From the IMG/VR virus record IMGVR_UViG_3300021256_000008, positions 21,079 to 85,078 of that record: a DNA stretch of 64,000 nt. One strand, written 5' to 3'. The DNA comes from a virus (taxonomy: Duplodnaviria > Caudoviricetes). Shown here piece after piece: positions 37,145 through 47,106 of this stretch; positions within the stretch are counted from its first letter, which is position 1, and every line of letters starts with the position of its first letter. Below the pieces are notes generated by a model that was not told where the DNA came from, did no database searches, and worked only from the letters and a program-made list of their open reading frames with translations. Position numbers and translations under genes: made by a program.

Positions 37145-37696
37145 TTAAAACGGACTCTCTTCGGTCTCTTCCGTACCAGGAGCTGTCACGACCGGTCCGC
37201 GCAGGTTCGCATATTTCTCGGCAATATAATTGGGAGTTACCTCAACAACAATCTGCTGGGCGTAGATCGGAACATACTTCACGCCGTTGTTGTGTGTCTT
37301 CTCTTTACCAAACTCGACATTCAGGCACATGTTCCTAATGTCGACATTATTGATCATGAAAATATGATCGGCATCAAGAGGCGTGGTAACATCCCTACTG
37401 ATAAGGAACGCATCCACGTTCTTAATGTAATAGGAAATAATTACAGACACGTAAGGAACCGGAACGTCGTTCGGGTCCTGAACCTTTGTATACTTAACTT
37501 CGCATCCGCGATCCTTCAGTTCCTCCGCGATCTCTTCAGAGACATAGAGCAGGAAATTTCTGTATCCGGGACTGTTTACGGTTCTGCCGGTAACACGGTC
37601 TTTCTTCTCTTCTCCACCAAAGTTCCTGGAACGTACCTCACGATCCACGATTCCGTCAATGGTAATTCCTCTTGCTGTTCTTTCTACGATCTGCAT
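37145..37696 (-). CDS. Putative single-stranded DNA-binding protein, 183 aa
   Basis: Beta-rich, RNF.G...N.PG.RNF, acidic C-terminal tail ending in PF; between polymerase and helicase. Confidence 0.6.
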   Translation of the reverse strand: MQIVERTARGITIDGIVDREVRSRNFGGEEKKDRVTGRTVNSPGYRNFLLYVSEEIAEELKDRGCEVKYTKVQDPNDVPVPYVSVIISYYIKNVDAFLISRDVTTPLDADHIFMINNVDIRNMCLNVEFGKEKTHNNGVKYVPIYAQQIVVEVTPNYIAEKYANLRGPVVTAPGTEETEESPF

Positions 37697-37729
37697 TTTT
37701 GTTTCTCCTTTTTGTTTAAATATAAATAA

Positions 37730-40700
37730 TTAATTATTTGCAAACGCAGCGAAATCACCGTATTCTTCAATCGTGCGTATTGCATCGTTCTTAAGGGCCT
37801 CGAAATAATCATAATCTATCTGATCTTCAAGACCGAAATCTTTCACTTGCTCTGCTTCGAGCCAGCGATATCCTTTTGCTCCTGACGCATAGGAGTACTT
37901 TCCGTTGTTCTCTCGAACAAGACGACCTGCCTTGCAGCCTTCTTTCATCGGGCAGAACAAGCCTGACTTTCCAATAAAGTGGTAATCATGGCACTTTGCG
38001 ATCTCTTCTCTCAATTCGAGAATTCGCAGATAATCACGATGATACTGCTCGATGGTATATTGCTCCTGCTTCTTGTCGGGAATATCAACCAAAGTAGGTG
38101 CAGTTCCATCGTTGAGTTTCTGTTCATTCTCTTCAGAAAGATCGTAGCCGGCCTTATGCCACTTTCGAAGAAGCTTCTCTTCTTCTTTCTCAAACGGCTC
38201 GGAAGATGGGAGATCTTCATCCATGTCAAGATATAAACCGTTTCCGACCTTCACGGTCTGTGTCACCGTAAGATCCCAAAAGCTGAGAGGTTCGTGTGTA
38301 AAAAGTGTTTTAAAAACATAAGGTTCCTTAAACTGGTCGCCGGTTGCGTCCCATTTACCAGCCATCTTTCCGTTTGCAGGATCATCGGTATATTTGCAAA
38401 TATAAACGGCGTTGTTCACAAGGCAAAGCTTTTCAAACTTGTGTTCAACCTCAAACGTGTATCCGAACTTCTTTCCGTAATCATAAACAAACTGAAATAT
38501 CATAGGATCGGGATTATCAATCTTGATACTATCGGTCTTTACATGAATGACTTTATAATTGCGCTTCTTAACTTCCAGAAGAAGATCGATCATGAAAAGA
38601 GCCCCTCGTTTGGCGACCCAGTTGTCATCATTTCGGGGATCTCTCAATTTGTTCGGAAAATGTGCCGCTGTGAGGCCGTAAACGCTGTTTATTGCAATTT
38701 TCAGTGCCTGGCTGAGTTGTTTTGCGTCTTCATCAGACGTTAAATATGGGGCAAGTATGCCGCCGTAGAGACCTCTGACCCAGTCATAGTCCTTATGCTT
38801 TATGTGTAAACGAATATCAAGAAGCATCTTGAAATTCTCCGTATATGGACCGAATCCATTTTCGGCAATCAAGGATGACGGATGATGCGAGGCAGAGTCA
38901 TAGCACTCTGCACCGTAATATTGTCCCCATTCGGCATAAACAAAGCCGCCCTCGCCGGGATCAAACCCTTTGTAGAACGACTTTCCGCTAATAATGTTGT
39001 TTCGGTAATAATTCTTACCAAATATCATTTGCTCATCTTTGGTTAAAACGTATTTACCTTCTTCAAATTCGTACAAACCGTACTTCTTCGGGTTCTCTGG
39101 AATATCTTTCAGATCGAGTTTCATCATGTACCGATCTCGATCAATTCCATACTGACTGAATTCGTAACCTGGAAACAGCTTTGTAAGATCGGGTTTTACA
39201 AACAACGCCTGAGGTGCCTTCTCATTTCCAACAATCAGCTTCATGGTGAGATTGTTTGTTGAATCGTTGACCGTACTTCCTGGACCTCTCAGTGCGTTGG
39301 CAAGCTCAACCAGGATCTCGCGCGCTTTAAAGTCTGACTGATTCTTGAAGAATACCTTTTCCGTTGCAATTACGTCATTGCAGCAGTACTCTGCTACTCT
39401 CTTCCAAAGATTCTTCGGAACTGGCTTATCCCACGGAAGCCCGGCTTCATCGTGACGAATATCAACGCCTTCCTTCTGAAGCGCAATCTCCCACTTCTTA
39501 AGCCCTTTCTTTTCTGAACAAAAATCAAATACATCTGAATAACTGAGATTCTTCGATTGATTAATCGCCCAGTCGTTCTTACCCTTCGGAGCATTGATGA
39601 GATTCTGTGACCGAACAAACAGCTCATATAAGCTGTCTCCACAGATTCTTGCATAACAAATATGGTTATCGTACCCGAGGTTATTAAATCCGATAGCATT
39701 GTATTTCTGGAAGAAATCAAGAACTTCATTCGGCTCCGGATTAATAAGTGTCACGCAGTCTTCTCCAATCGGCTTATAAACTAATATAAACAGATTCGGA
39801 AAAACTTCAGTATCAAAGAATGCAATCTTCTTTTCACCTTTTGGCGGCTCAACCCATTTCGTTTCCTCTTCGCTCTTGTAAGGAAATCCGGAAGCCATAT
39901 CCAGGCATTCCAGAGAATGGTTATGAGATCCTGCTGCAAACTCAAGAACCTGAGATTTAAATTCGCTCATATCGTATTTCATGCCGCTGTTATAGGCATC
40001 GTTCAATACTTTACCAATGTACTGAACACAGCAGACGGTCGAATACGGAGAAATCTCTTTTCTCAGAGCCTTACGAACTGCAGCAGCTAAATGCTTTTGA
40101 TCTTTAATAACATATTCTTCTACCGTTTTTGGTCTCTCCTTTCTTATTGGCAAACCGGAACTGATCGTTGCAATCGGTAAATCATTACAACGTGTCAGTT
40201 TTCTTCTGAGAGACTGTTTTCCAGTGTAAAATTTAATTTCTACTTCATCTTCATAAATCGATGCGACTTTACTGATGTCTCCGGTGTAAATATAAGTCAA
40301 ATGAATACCTTGACCGCTCCTACTGAGTTCTGCATAAGTTGGAGGCCATTTTGATGCTGCTTCGATATTCAATTCCAAAGACTTCTTACCAGTTTTCGGA
40401 TCCTTCTTATCAAAATCAATAAAAGCATAATTTTCAGGAGGCTTTGTATAATGAAGCTCTGACGTATTAATATCTTTTAGGACGGTCTCGCACTTATCCC
40501 AACTGGTAGACGGCCTGTCACTGCCATCGTCACAAATATAAGCGTACTGTGCCGGCCATAAGCTCCCTACTTCATCGAGAAAACTCTTTGTTGTATTGAA
40601 TTTTAGCCATGTGCCATTACTATCCGCCGTCTCCGCTTCAGAAATATCATCGGATTCTTCAGCTTCTTCCAGAAATTCACTGAACTTTTCTATTTTAAGA

Positions 40701-41983
40701 TTCATATAAACGTTTCTCAGATACTCGTCTTTTTCACGATCATGATACCGTTCTTTATAAATCCGAAAATAGTTTTTAAGTTCCTCTTTAAATGTGCGCT
40801 TAATAAAACGCCATTCTTTCGGAAGCCTTGCATCATCGGCATAAATGTTATATTCCATCCATGCGTCATTCAGCGTAATATATTCCTTATCTTGGATTCT
40901 TTCATACAGCCAGTCGTGCATGAAATTATAAAAGTCATTTGTTGCGCTGATCATTTCTGTCGGAATATATTGATCGTAGTAATAAGGATCGGCTTCATAA
41001 ACATCAAGGCAGTGTTTTGCAATCGCGCCTAACTCAAAATCAATTTCACCAAGTAGCCTCTGATACTTCTTAAACGGAATTTTATTTCCGGTTGGCGAAA
41101 TATCAATCAGCCTTCGAATAATTCCTGACTTTGAGTCTGTAATTCGAACCGGTTTATTTGTGCCCATGAAAAGCATTGAACACATGCTCATCGGATACTG
41201 TGTCTTGTGCTTCTCATTTACAAGAATAGTCTCATGCGAGACAAGGCTGTTAAGTCTTGTATTATCTTCGATTTTACTTAGATCACCATCATGCTGAATT
41301 GCAACAAGTGGATTATCCTTAAACGCTTCCAAAGAAAAATCCTTGCTCGCCATACCGATACTCTTTGCATCAAAAGTAGTCGTGTATCCCTGAAAGAGTT
41401 TATCTATAATATTCAGAACCGTTGACTTACCGGTTCCGGAATCTCCGTAAAATACAAAGAACTTTTGAATATGTTTTGAATCGCCGGATACAACCGAACC
41501 GATTGCCCATTCAATCTTGTGTTTTTCTTCTTCAGAATATAAAGTTCCTACAAGTTCATCCCATGCGTGATAGTCTCCGTCCTCGAGCGAATATGGAAGT
41601 GTAATGGATGAATAGTCTTCTCTGCAGATTGGAGAATTCTGAAAAACAAGTTTCGTGTTGAGAGGATGAAAATTATCATCCATCTGTCTCTTCAGATATT
41701 TCTTCCACTGATCGATGGACCCAAGGCTTGAATATTTCATATACATAATCTTCGCACCTTCGAGATCAACGTCACTTGCTTTGTATTCTTCCATCATGCG
41801 ATCAATTTTATTCTTTACAACGTCTTCATCTTTTGACCATTTACCATTGTCTTCATCCCACACGGCATAAAAGTCGTTGCCTCGAATCATGAGATCTTTT
41901 GTCTTTGTAGTGATGAACTCAGGAAAGATTTCAATGGGTGTATTTTTACTGCGTTGCCTTCGCCGAATAATAACAAAATCCGT
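37730..41983 (-). CDS. Fused SF3/D5-like helicase + AEP primase + 3'-5' exonuclease + family B DNA polymerase
   Basis: GDSGTGKST and FMGTN (SF3); FIDFD...SRSGQGIH (AEP); FFDTE, GFNNLGYD, YCCNDV (exonuclease); DSASHHPS, K.AINSVYG, KTDS (PolB). First ATG is at 41890, but the frame is open to an ACG at 41983 behind AGGAGG. Confidence 0.85.
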   Translation of the reverse strand, partial: TDFVIIRRRQRSKNTPIEIFPEFITTKTKDLMIRGNDFYAVWDEDNGKWSKDEDVVKNKIDRMMEEYKASDVDLEGAKIMYMKYSSLGSIDQWKKYLKRQMDDNFHPLNTKLVFQNSPICREDYSSITLPYSLEDGDYHAWDELVGTLYSEEEKHKIEWAIGSVVSGDSKHIQKFFVFYGDSGTGKSTVLNIIDKLFQGYTTTFDAKSIGMASKDFSLEAFKDNPLVAIQHDGDLSKIEDNTRLNSLVSHETILVNEKHKTQYPMSMCSMLFMGTNKPVRITDSKSGIIRRLIDISPTGNKIPFKKYQRLLGEIDFELGAIAKHCLDVYEADPYYYDQYIPTEMISATNDFYNFMHDWLYERIQDKEYITLNDAWMEYNIYADDARLPKEWRFIKRTFKEELKNYFRIYKERYHDREKDEYLRNVYMNLKIEKFSEFLEEAEESDDISEAETADSNGTWLKFNTTKSFLDEVGSLWPAQYAYICDDGSDRPSTSWDKCETVLKDINTSELHYTKPPENYAFIDFDKKDPKTGKKSLELNIEAASKWPPTYAELSRSGQGIHLTYIYTGDISKVASIYEDEVEIKFYTGKQSLRRKLTRCNDLPIATISSGLPIRKERPKTVEEYVIKDQKHLAAAVRKALRKEISPYSTVCCVQYIGKVLNDAYNSGMKYDMSEFKSQVLEFAAGSHNHSLECLDMASGFPYKSEEETKWVEPPKGEKKIAFFDTEVFPNLFILVYKPIGEDCVTLINPEPNEVLDFFQKYNAIGFNNLGYDNHICYARICGDSLYELFVRSQNLINAPKGKNDWAINQSKNLSYSDVFDFCSEKKGLKKWEIALQKEGVDIRHDEAGLPWDKPVPKNLWKRVAEYCCNDVIATEKVFFKNQSDFKAREILVELANALRGPGSTVNDSTNNLTMKLIVGNEKAPQALFVKPDLTKLFPGYEFSQYGIDRDRYMMKLDLKDIPENPKKYGLYEFEEGKYVLTKDEQMIFGKNYYRNNIISGKSFYKGFDPGEGGFVYAEWGQYYGAECYDSASHHPSSLIAENGFGPYTENFKMLLDIRLHIKHKDYDWVRGLYGGILAPYLTSDEDAKQLSQALKIAINSVYGLTAAHFPNKLRDPRNDDNWVAKRGALFMIDLLLEVKKRNYKVIHVKTDSIKIDNPDPMIFQFVYDYGKKFGYTFEVEHKFEKLCLVNNAVYICKYTDDPANGKMAGKWDATGDQFKEPYVFKTLFTHEPLSFWDLTVTQTVKVGNGLYLDMDEDLPSSEPFEKEEEKLLRKWHKAGYDLSEENEQKLNDGTAPTLVDIPDKKQEQYTIEQYHRDYLRILELREEIAKCHDYHFIGKSGLFCPMKEGCKAGRLVRENNGKYSYASGAKGYRWLEAEQVKDFGLEDQIDYDYFEALKNDAIRTIEEYGDFAAFANN

Positions 41984-42033
41984 ACGATTCCCTCCTTTCT
42001 CGCCATAACGTAATTTTTTCGCTTGGTGTCAAA

Positions 42034-42180
42034 TTGCCACTTTTTTTTGTGGTTTTTTTATATATAAATTAATTTTTCTTCACACAATAACCAAAAAAAA
42101 AGTGACAATGGGCACCATAAAAAGGGGTTTTTTGAAAAAAATGGCCAAAAATCACGAAAAATCGCTAAAAAATGCCGTTT
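42034..42180. other. Putative replication origin
   Basis: AT-rich gap upstream of the replicase; inverted repeat 42034-42054 / 42089-42108; A-tracts phased at 10 bp (42135-42176). Confidence 0.45.
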
Positions 42181-42249
42181 TTTAAAATTTTATACGTACG
42201 GCGAAATTTTACATTTTTCATCACTTTTTCACGAAATTTACAAAAAAAT

Positions 42250-42786
42250 TCATATCGGAAAACGTTCTTCCAGGTATGCGTTCATCTGCCACCAGAGGTC
42301 TTTTTGATTCATATTTTGCTTCGCGTTTCTGACCGGAAAAGCTCCTCCGGCACCATTTTTTGCGTACCTTCTGTGAATGAAATTATCGATAATTTTGTCC
42401 ACTTCTGCCTCATAAAAATTATAGTCGTCGTATATGTCGAGCCCTAAATTCTGCATCATTTCCCAGAACCATATACCCGATCTGTCTCCATAATCCGGAT
42501 CATGCATGATGTTAAATTCAGCGCTGCGAGCGAGAGCGATGAGCATTTCAAGCACCGAACACGGTGACTTTGAGACGCTCATCATCTCGCAATTTATGCG
42601 TAAATTCCCCATTTCCTGGTCAAATAATTTACGCAAATATATCCCATCGGCGGCCCTATTTTTGTCGTAAACAAGCTCCCATGTATACTCTTTGGAATAT
42701 AATTTCCGAAGAAGTTTCTGGTAATTTGCAGCAATATAATCGTCGCCGATGAGCCTGATTAACCAACAAAAATATGCCTCATTCAT
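42250..42786 (-). CDS. Conserved hypothetical protein, 178 aa
   Basis: YF.WL, D.NRAADG..LR, CSVLEMLIALA, W.QMNAYL; coherent ORF in the operon. Confidence 0.7.
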   Translation of the reverse strand: MNEAYFCWLIRLIGDDYIAANYQKLLRKLYSKEYTWELVYDKNRAADGIYLRKLFDQEMGNLRINCEMMSVSKSPCSVLEMLIALARSAEFNIMHDPDYGDRSGIWFWEMMQNLGLDIYDDYNFYEAEVDKIIDNFIHRRYAKNGAGGAFPVRNAKQNMNQKDLWWQMNAYLEERFPI

Positions 42787-42794
42787 AGTCTTAA

Positions 42795-43460
42795 TCAGCC
42801 CTCTCGGTATCCGTCAGGAGGTCCATATTCATCAGAATATAATCCGTCCTCCACATAGATTTCATAGTCCACTACAAGCCGCGGATTGCGAATAAATGCC
42901 GTCCTGTCAGCATAATTACCAACGCATTTATCCCATTCTCCACCGACCAATATAAACGGATTTGTGATAATGGTTCCGTCTTCTGTTGCCATAATTTTGT
43001 CACCGCGATAGTAAACAAGTCGCTCTTGTTCATACCCGTCATCGGCCATAAAATCGTCTTTGTCAATCTCAAAGACCCCTCCGTCGGTCTCATCATTTCC
43101 GATAAAACCTGCTTCAGGGTTGTCATTTTCGTCTTCGTTTTCTCTTACATGAGTGAAAATTCCGCTGTCTCTGGGGTCTGAAAACAGCTCCGAAGTCTTT
43201 CCTTCTGACCCCTGAAACAGTGTGTGATACGGAACTTTTGCCCGTTTTTCAGGTTCATAACTGTCGTTTGCAGCGACAATTTCAGCCCCTTTTTCCCGAG
43301 TTCCCGTATCATTTTTGACCGTAAAAGGCGGCTCAGAGTCGCTTTCCGAACCGCTTTTTTCTGCTTTTTCAAGCTCTTCTTTAATATCTTTTCGGAGCCA
43401 AAGCAACATTCCGCCTGCTCCAATAGCCGCTCCGAACAGGAAAATAAGTAAATTTTTCAC
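42795..43460 (-). CDS. Membrane-anchored acidic protein, 221 aa
   Basis: N-terminal TM segment (LLIFLFGAAIGAGGMLLW); acidic linker; GTG start. Confidence 0.7.
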   Translation of the reverse strand: MKNLLIFLFGAAIGAGGMLLWLRKDIKEELEKAEKSGSESDSEPPFTVKNDTGTREKGAEIVAANDSYEPEKRAKVPYHTLFQGSEGKTSELFSDPRDSGIFTHVRENEDENDNPEAGFIGNDETDGGVFEIDKDDFMADDGYEQERLVYYRGDKIMATEDGTIITNPFILVGGEWDKCVGNYADRTAFIRNPRLVVDYEIYVEDGLYSDEYGPPDGYREG

Positions 43461-43596
43461 TTAAAATCTCCTATTTTTATGTCTAAATTCTCATTTTTAA
43501 TACCAATGACGACGTATCCGACGATCGCTGTGACCAGAAATCCGACAGTCATCATGGAAATCCCCACAATTTTTCCAAGAATTTTGATTAATTTCA

Positions 43597-44601
43597 TCAG
43601 ACTTTACCCTCCAACGGGTAGAAATTGAAGTCAAGACGGACACATTTCTCGTAAATCGGCTCTCTTGTCCGTTCATCGATCACTTTTCGATATCCGTCAA
43701 GGAATGTGAGGTTCAGTTTTCTCATTTCAGGATCGGGAACCTTCATTGCATTTGTTGAAATACCGTATTCGCGAAGGGCCTTGAGCTCTTCTTCGCTGAG
43801 TCCGAGGGCATTTTCGTTAAATCCCATCTTTCGGAAGATTTCAATTCCCGTATAACACCGAACAAGGCCCGATTCCAGGTCCATATTAATAAGTCTTGCT
43901 CGTTTTTCGGCATATTCACGGTCAAAATCCTTGTACATAATATCCGTTGTCTCTGGAACATAGTTTCTTGCGAAGATTGAGCCTGGTTGAGACATGAAAA
44001 TCGTGCCCTGTTTCTCAACAATCTTCTTTTCACCGGTCTCAGGGTCCTTTTCCAGCACTTTTACGGTGCCTTCCTGCGCTCCCATGAAGATTTTCTGCTC
44101 AGTTTCCGCTCCGACAGCATTGGCAACACGTTCCCGGTACTCTTTCATGAGCTGAGTTCCGGCAAACATATCTGCTGCAAGCTGACGATTCTTATGTCGA
44201 AGGTCTACATGCCCCCAAGTAACAAGTCCAAAGCCCGAAAACCACAAAAATGCCGGAATTCCATAGAGTTTCAGCATCTCATAGGCGAGTTTTCCGTAAA
44301 TTTTTGTGTACTGACGGCCCTTTTCGATCTTCATCTGCTTCTTAGTAGCAGGCAGAATATCAATTCCGGAGTCTTCTTCAGGGATTACAATTGCTTCGTC
44401 AACCTGTTTTGCCGCTTCTTTGGCTTCTTCGACGGCCTTTTTCGCTTTCTCGGTCTTCATACAGGCCGTCACAGTACCCGCGAGAAGGAAAAGACCCCCT
44501 CCGATAAGCGCGAGTTCCGGTTTCGCGGCCATAATAGCTACTCCTGCACTCTGAAAAGGGAGCTTCCATCCTCCGTTTTTCATTTTATTAAAGAAATTCA
44601 T
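43597..44601 (-). CDS. DUF6353-like membrane-anchored protein, 334 aa
   Basis: PELALIGGG...T.TAC.KT.KA, coiled coil, second hydrophobic stretch, YRERV; DUF number from memory. Confidence 0.6.
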   Translation of the reverse strand: MNFFNKMKNGGWKLPFQSAGVAIMAAKPELALIGGGLFLLAGTVTACMKTEKAKKAVEEAKEAAKQVDEAIVIPEEDSGIDILPATKKQMKIEKGRQYTKIYGKLAYEMLKLYGIPAFLWFSGFGLVTWGHVDLRHKNRQLAADMFAGTQLMKEYRERVANAVGAETEQKIFMGAQEGTVKVLEKDPETGEKKIVEKQGTIFMSQPGSIFARNYVPETTDIMYKDFDREYAEKRARLINMDLESGLVRCYTGIEIFRKMGFNENALGLSEEELKALREYGISTNAMKVPDPEMRKLNLTFLDGYRKVIDERTREPIYEKCVRLDFNFYPLEGKV

Positions 44602-44646
44602 GGTTTTTCCTCCAAAAATATAGACGTTTTATCATTTTAAACGTGC

Positions 44647-45306
44647 TTAAATTGCCATTGTGGGCGGAAATTCGATCATCCAGCGTCCATCGGTTCTCAT
44701 AACAGGCCTTGCCGTTGTAAGATCTGTCCATCCGGTAGACTGTAGTGTCCAGTTTCCTTCCTGACCAGTAATGCCGGCATAGGTATAAAAGTCCGCAACT
44801 CTGACGCGACGATATCTTTGAAGTTCTCGATTCATACGGTCGAGAACCAGGTATGCGTCGTCACGAGTATCGAAAGAAATATCAGTAAGACCTACATTTC
44901 CTCTAAAGCTAACAGGTCCTGGCGCAGGATTTGCATAGCCTGGAGGAGGCGAGGCATTCGGATACATGCTGTTATAAGGCACAGGATCGCGTCTGACGGG
45001 CTGATAGCCGTAACCGGGAATATAATTGCCTGAACCCATTCCGATGCCGCCATAGCCTCCCTGGCCGCCGTAGAGGGCCATCTGAAGGGCACCATTGCCA
45101 AGTTTAAAGACCAGATCCTTAATTGAAGGTCCAAGAATATAATAGGCGAGGTAGTTTCCGACGGCATCTAGCTTATCCGAAAACAGGAATTTGACGATTC
45201 TTTTTCCGAGTGGCGGCTTATCGATTTTGACTTTGCCCTGAACAACTTTCGTCGCAGGTTCCTGCACATTATAGTTTGTTGCTTCGTTAGCCATTTCTAT
45301 CTCCAT
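44647..45306 (-). CDS. Hypothetical protein with a D(F/L)Y..aG...GW C-terminal domain, 219 aa
   Basis: Gly/Tyr/Pro-rich linker, then F.TR.DA..VL..M...VADFY..AG.T...GWTDL. Confidence 0.65.
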   Translation of the reverse strand: MEIEMANEATNYNVQEPATKVVQGKVKIDKPPLGKRIVKFLFSDKLDAVGNYLAYYILGPSIKDLVFKLGNGALQMALYGGQGGYGGIGMGSGNYIPGYGYQPVRRDPVPYNSMYPNASPPPGYANPAPGPVSFRGNVGLTDISFDTRDDAYLVLDRMNRELQRYRRVRVADFYTYAGITGQEGNWTLQSTGWTDLTTARPVMRTDGRWMIEFPPTMAI

Positions 45307-45341
45307 TTCTATAGTATTTTGTTATATGAAAATATCAGTCC

Positions 45342-45386
45342 AAAAAAAGCAAAAGCTATAGGCTCTGTAAAGAGCCCATGGCTTTT
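45342..45386 (-). terminator. Terminator hairpin with a TTAC-AG loop
   Basis: Minus strand AAAGC..GGGCTCT-TTAC-AGAGCCT..GCTTTT followed by a T-run. Confidence 0.7.
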
Positions 45387-45415
45387 TAACCTCCAAGTTA
45401 CAAACTTTTACGGTT

Positions 45416-45868
45416 TCATGCTTCGTCCGTAGTCGGGACTGCAGTCTCGCTGATATTGATCGTCTCGACCGAAGATCCGCTCTCAAGTTCTGCCGGGGCC
45501 GGGGTTACCGAGATGTCGCCGTCTCCAAGTTCGACAGAATCCGAAGATCCGCCTTTGCCTCCGAAGAGCAGGGCTCCGGTTACGCCAGCGGCAGCAAGAG
45601 CAACGCCACCAAGGATCTTCAGGGTCTTCTTACCCTTCGGTTCCTTAGGAGCTTCCTCCTTTGCCTTCCGCTTTTCCTCCTTCGCCTGCGCCTTCTTCAT
45701 GCGCTGGTCCAGATACTTCTGGTATCCTCTGTCGATCAGGTTCGGCTTCACCATTACGGTGACCGCGTTGTCCTGGGCAGGCTGAGTAGCCTGATCCATA
45801 GTGGTCTCAACTTCCTTAATTTCAGTTTCAACAACTGCTTTTTCCTGATTCTTCAGATTCTCATTCAT
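45416..45868 (-). CDS. Acidic protein with a central TM helix
   Basis: Start moved to MNENL (SD GGAGG); ILGGVALAAAGVTGALLFGG. Confidence 0.65.
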   Translation of the reverse strand: MNENLKNQEKAVVETEIKEVETTMDQATQPAQDNAVTVMVKPNLIDRGYQKYLDQRMKKAQAKEEKRKAKEEAPKEPKGKKTLKILGGVALAAAGVTGALLFGGKGGSSDSVELGDGDISVTPAPAELESGSSVETINISETAVPTTDEA

Positions 45869-45920
45869 GTGTTTTACCTCCATAAAAAATAATTTGTAAA
45901 TTTGTTGAGGTCTTTTCCTC

Positions 45921-45945
45921 ATTATAGAAAATGTAGATTTTACGA
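45921..45945 (-). promoter_or_regulatory. Phage promoter motif, copy 3
   Basis: TCGTAA-AATCTACATTTTC-TATAAT. Confidence 0.7.
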
Positions 45946-46063
45946 ATCATTTTCTATTTTCGTATCAAATTGCTCCATTTTTACCGAAAATATCACTAAA
46001 ATAGGCATAAATTAGGCCAGTTGTAAGACTTTTCAGCCCTACAACCAGCCATAAAACCTTATT

Positions 46064-47101
46064 TTACAGTGGATTTCGCTCCATAAGTTCACTTGACGGA
46101 CTTAGAAGTTCCGTATAATCAAGATAAATAACAGCAGGATGCCCTGTCGCCGGATCCAGATACTCTTTATATTTCATAATCTGGCTAGGTTTCAGCAAAT
46201 CACTTCCGCCGTAATAACGAAATTCCAAAAGTTCACCGAGCCTTGTATCGCCGTCTTCGCACCCGTCAATTTCACCGATGGAGTTCAGGAACGATTCCAG
46301 ATCAAGCGTCGAATATACTTCCCCATACTGATCTTCGTCATATTTATCCTCACTCCACGGATTATCGCCTGACGAATAGAATGCATCTCCGAGCCGCTTC
46401 TTAATTGCTTTCTTGCGTCTGGATTTCAGAATATCATTGGCTTCGGCGATTCCCTCGGTTACCTCGATAATATCTCCTCGGAATCTTGCATGCGTGACCT
46501 TATCGATAATAAGCGCTGTTCCAGGTCCATAATCATTTTGGTGACTGATAAGTTCATCGACAATCTCTTCCCGATCATACTCTTCGTCGATAATATCATT
46601 CTCAAGATCGTGCATGGCTTTCGAGTCTTCCTTCAGCCCTGCTTTCTCCTTGAGTTTTGCGATCAGACCGTCCTGTTTCTTGTTCTTTTCCTCAAGAAAC
46701 TGCGTGAGAATATACATTTCTGCAAGACGATCCAGCGTAAGCTTCTGGGCACCGATTAGAAGCCCCGTAGAAGCGATTCCAAGGGCCATGGCTGTCCAGC
46801 AGTACTGTAGGTAGATAATAATCTTATCTTTTTTAGGAAGCTCGCTACGGGCCTTTATAGCGTCCATAACGCCACGTCCTGAAGCCTCGTTTTCTTCCTC
46901 CGAAATATCAATTGTCGACTGCAGATCTGCTTCTTTCTTTGCAATTACCTGTTCTGCTTTCTTGCTCTGTTTCCAGAGAATATAAGCTCCGAGCCATCCA
47001 AGGCAGATTCCTCCGCCCGTCATAATCATCGGAGCGTTCTTCTTACCGAAAGCCATTCCTGTTGAAAGTAGACCTTTTGCTGTATTTATAATATTGCTCA
47101 T
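46064..47101 (-). CDS. DUF6353-like membrane-anchored protein, 345 aa
   Basis: KNAPMIMTGGGI, TM segments, coiled coil, DKVTHARF. Confidence 0.6.
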   Translation of the reverse strand: MSNIINTAKGLLSTGMAFGKKNAPMIMTGGGICLGWLGAYILWKQSKKAEQVIAKKEADLQSTIDISEEENEASGRGVMDAIKARSELPKKDKIIIYLQYCWTAMALGIASTGLLIGAQKLTLDRLAEMYILTQFLEEKNKKQDGLIAKLKEKAGLKEDSKAMHDLENDIIDEEYDREEIVDELISHQNDYGPGTALIIDKVTHARFRGDIIEVTEGIAEANDILKSRRKKAIKKRLGDAFYSSGDNPWSEDKYDEDQYGEVYSTLDLESFLNSIGEIDGCEDGDTRLGELLEFRYYGGSDLLKPSQIMKYKEYLDPATGHPAVIYLDYTELLSPSSELMERNPL

Positions 47102-47106
47102 ACTTT

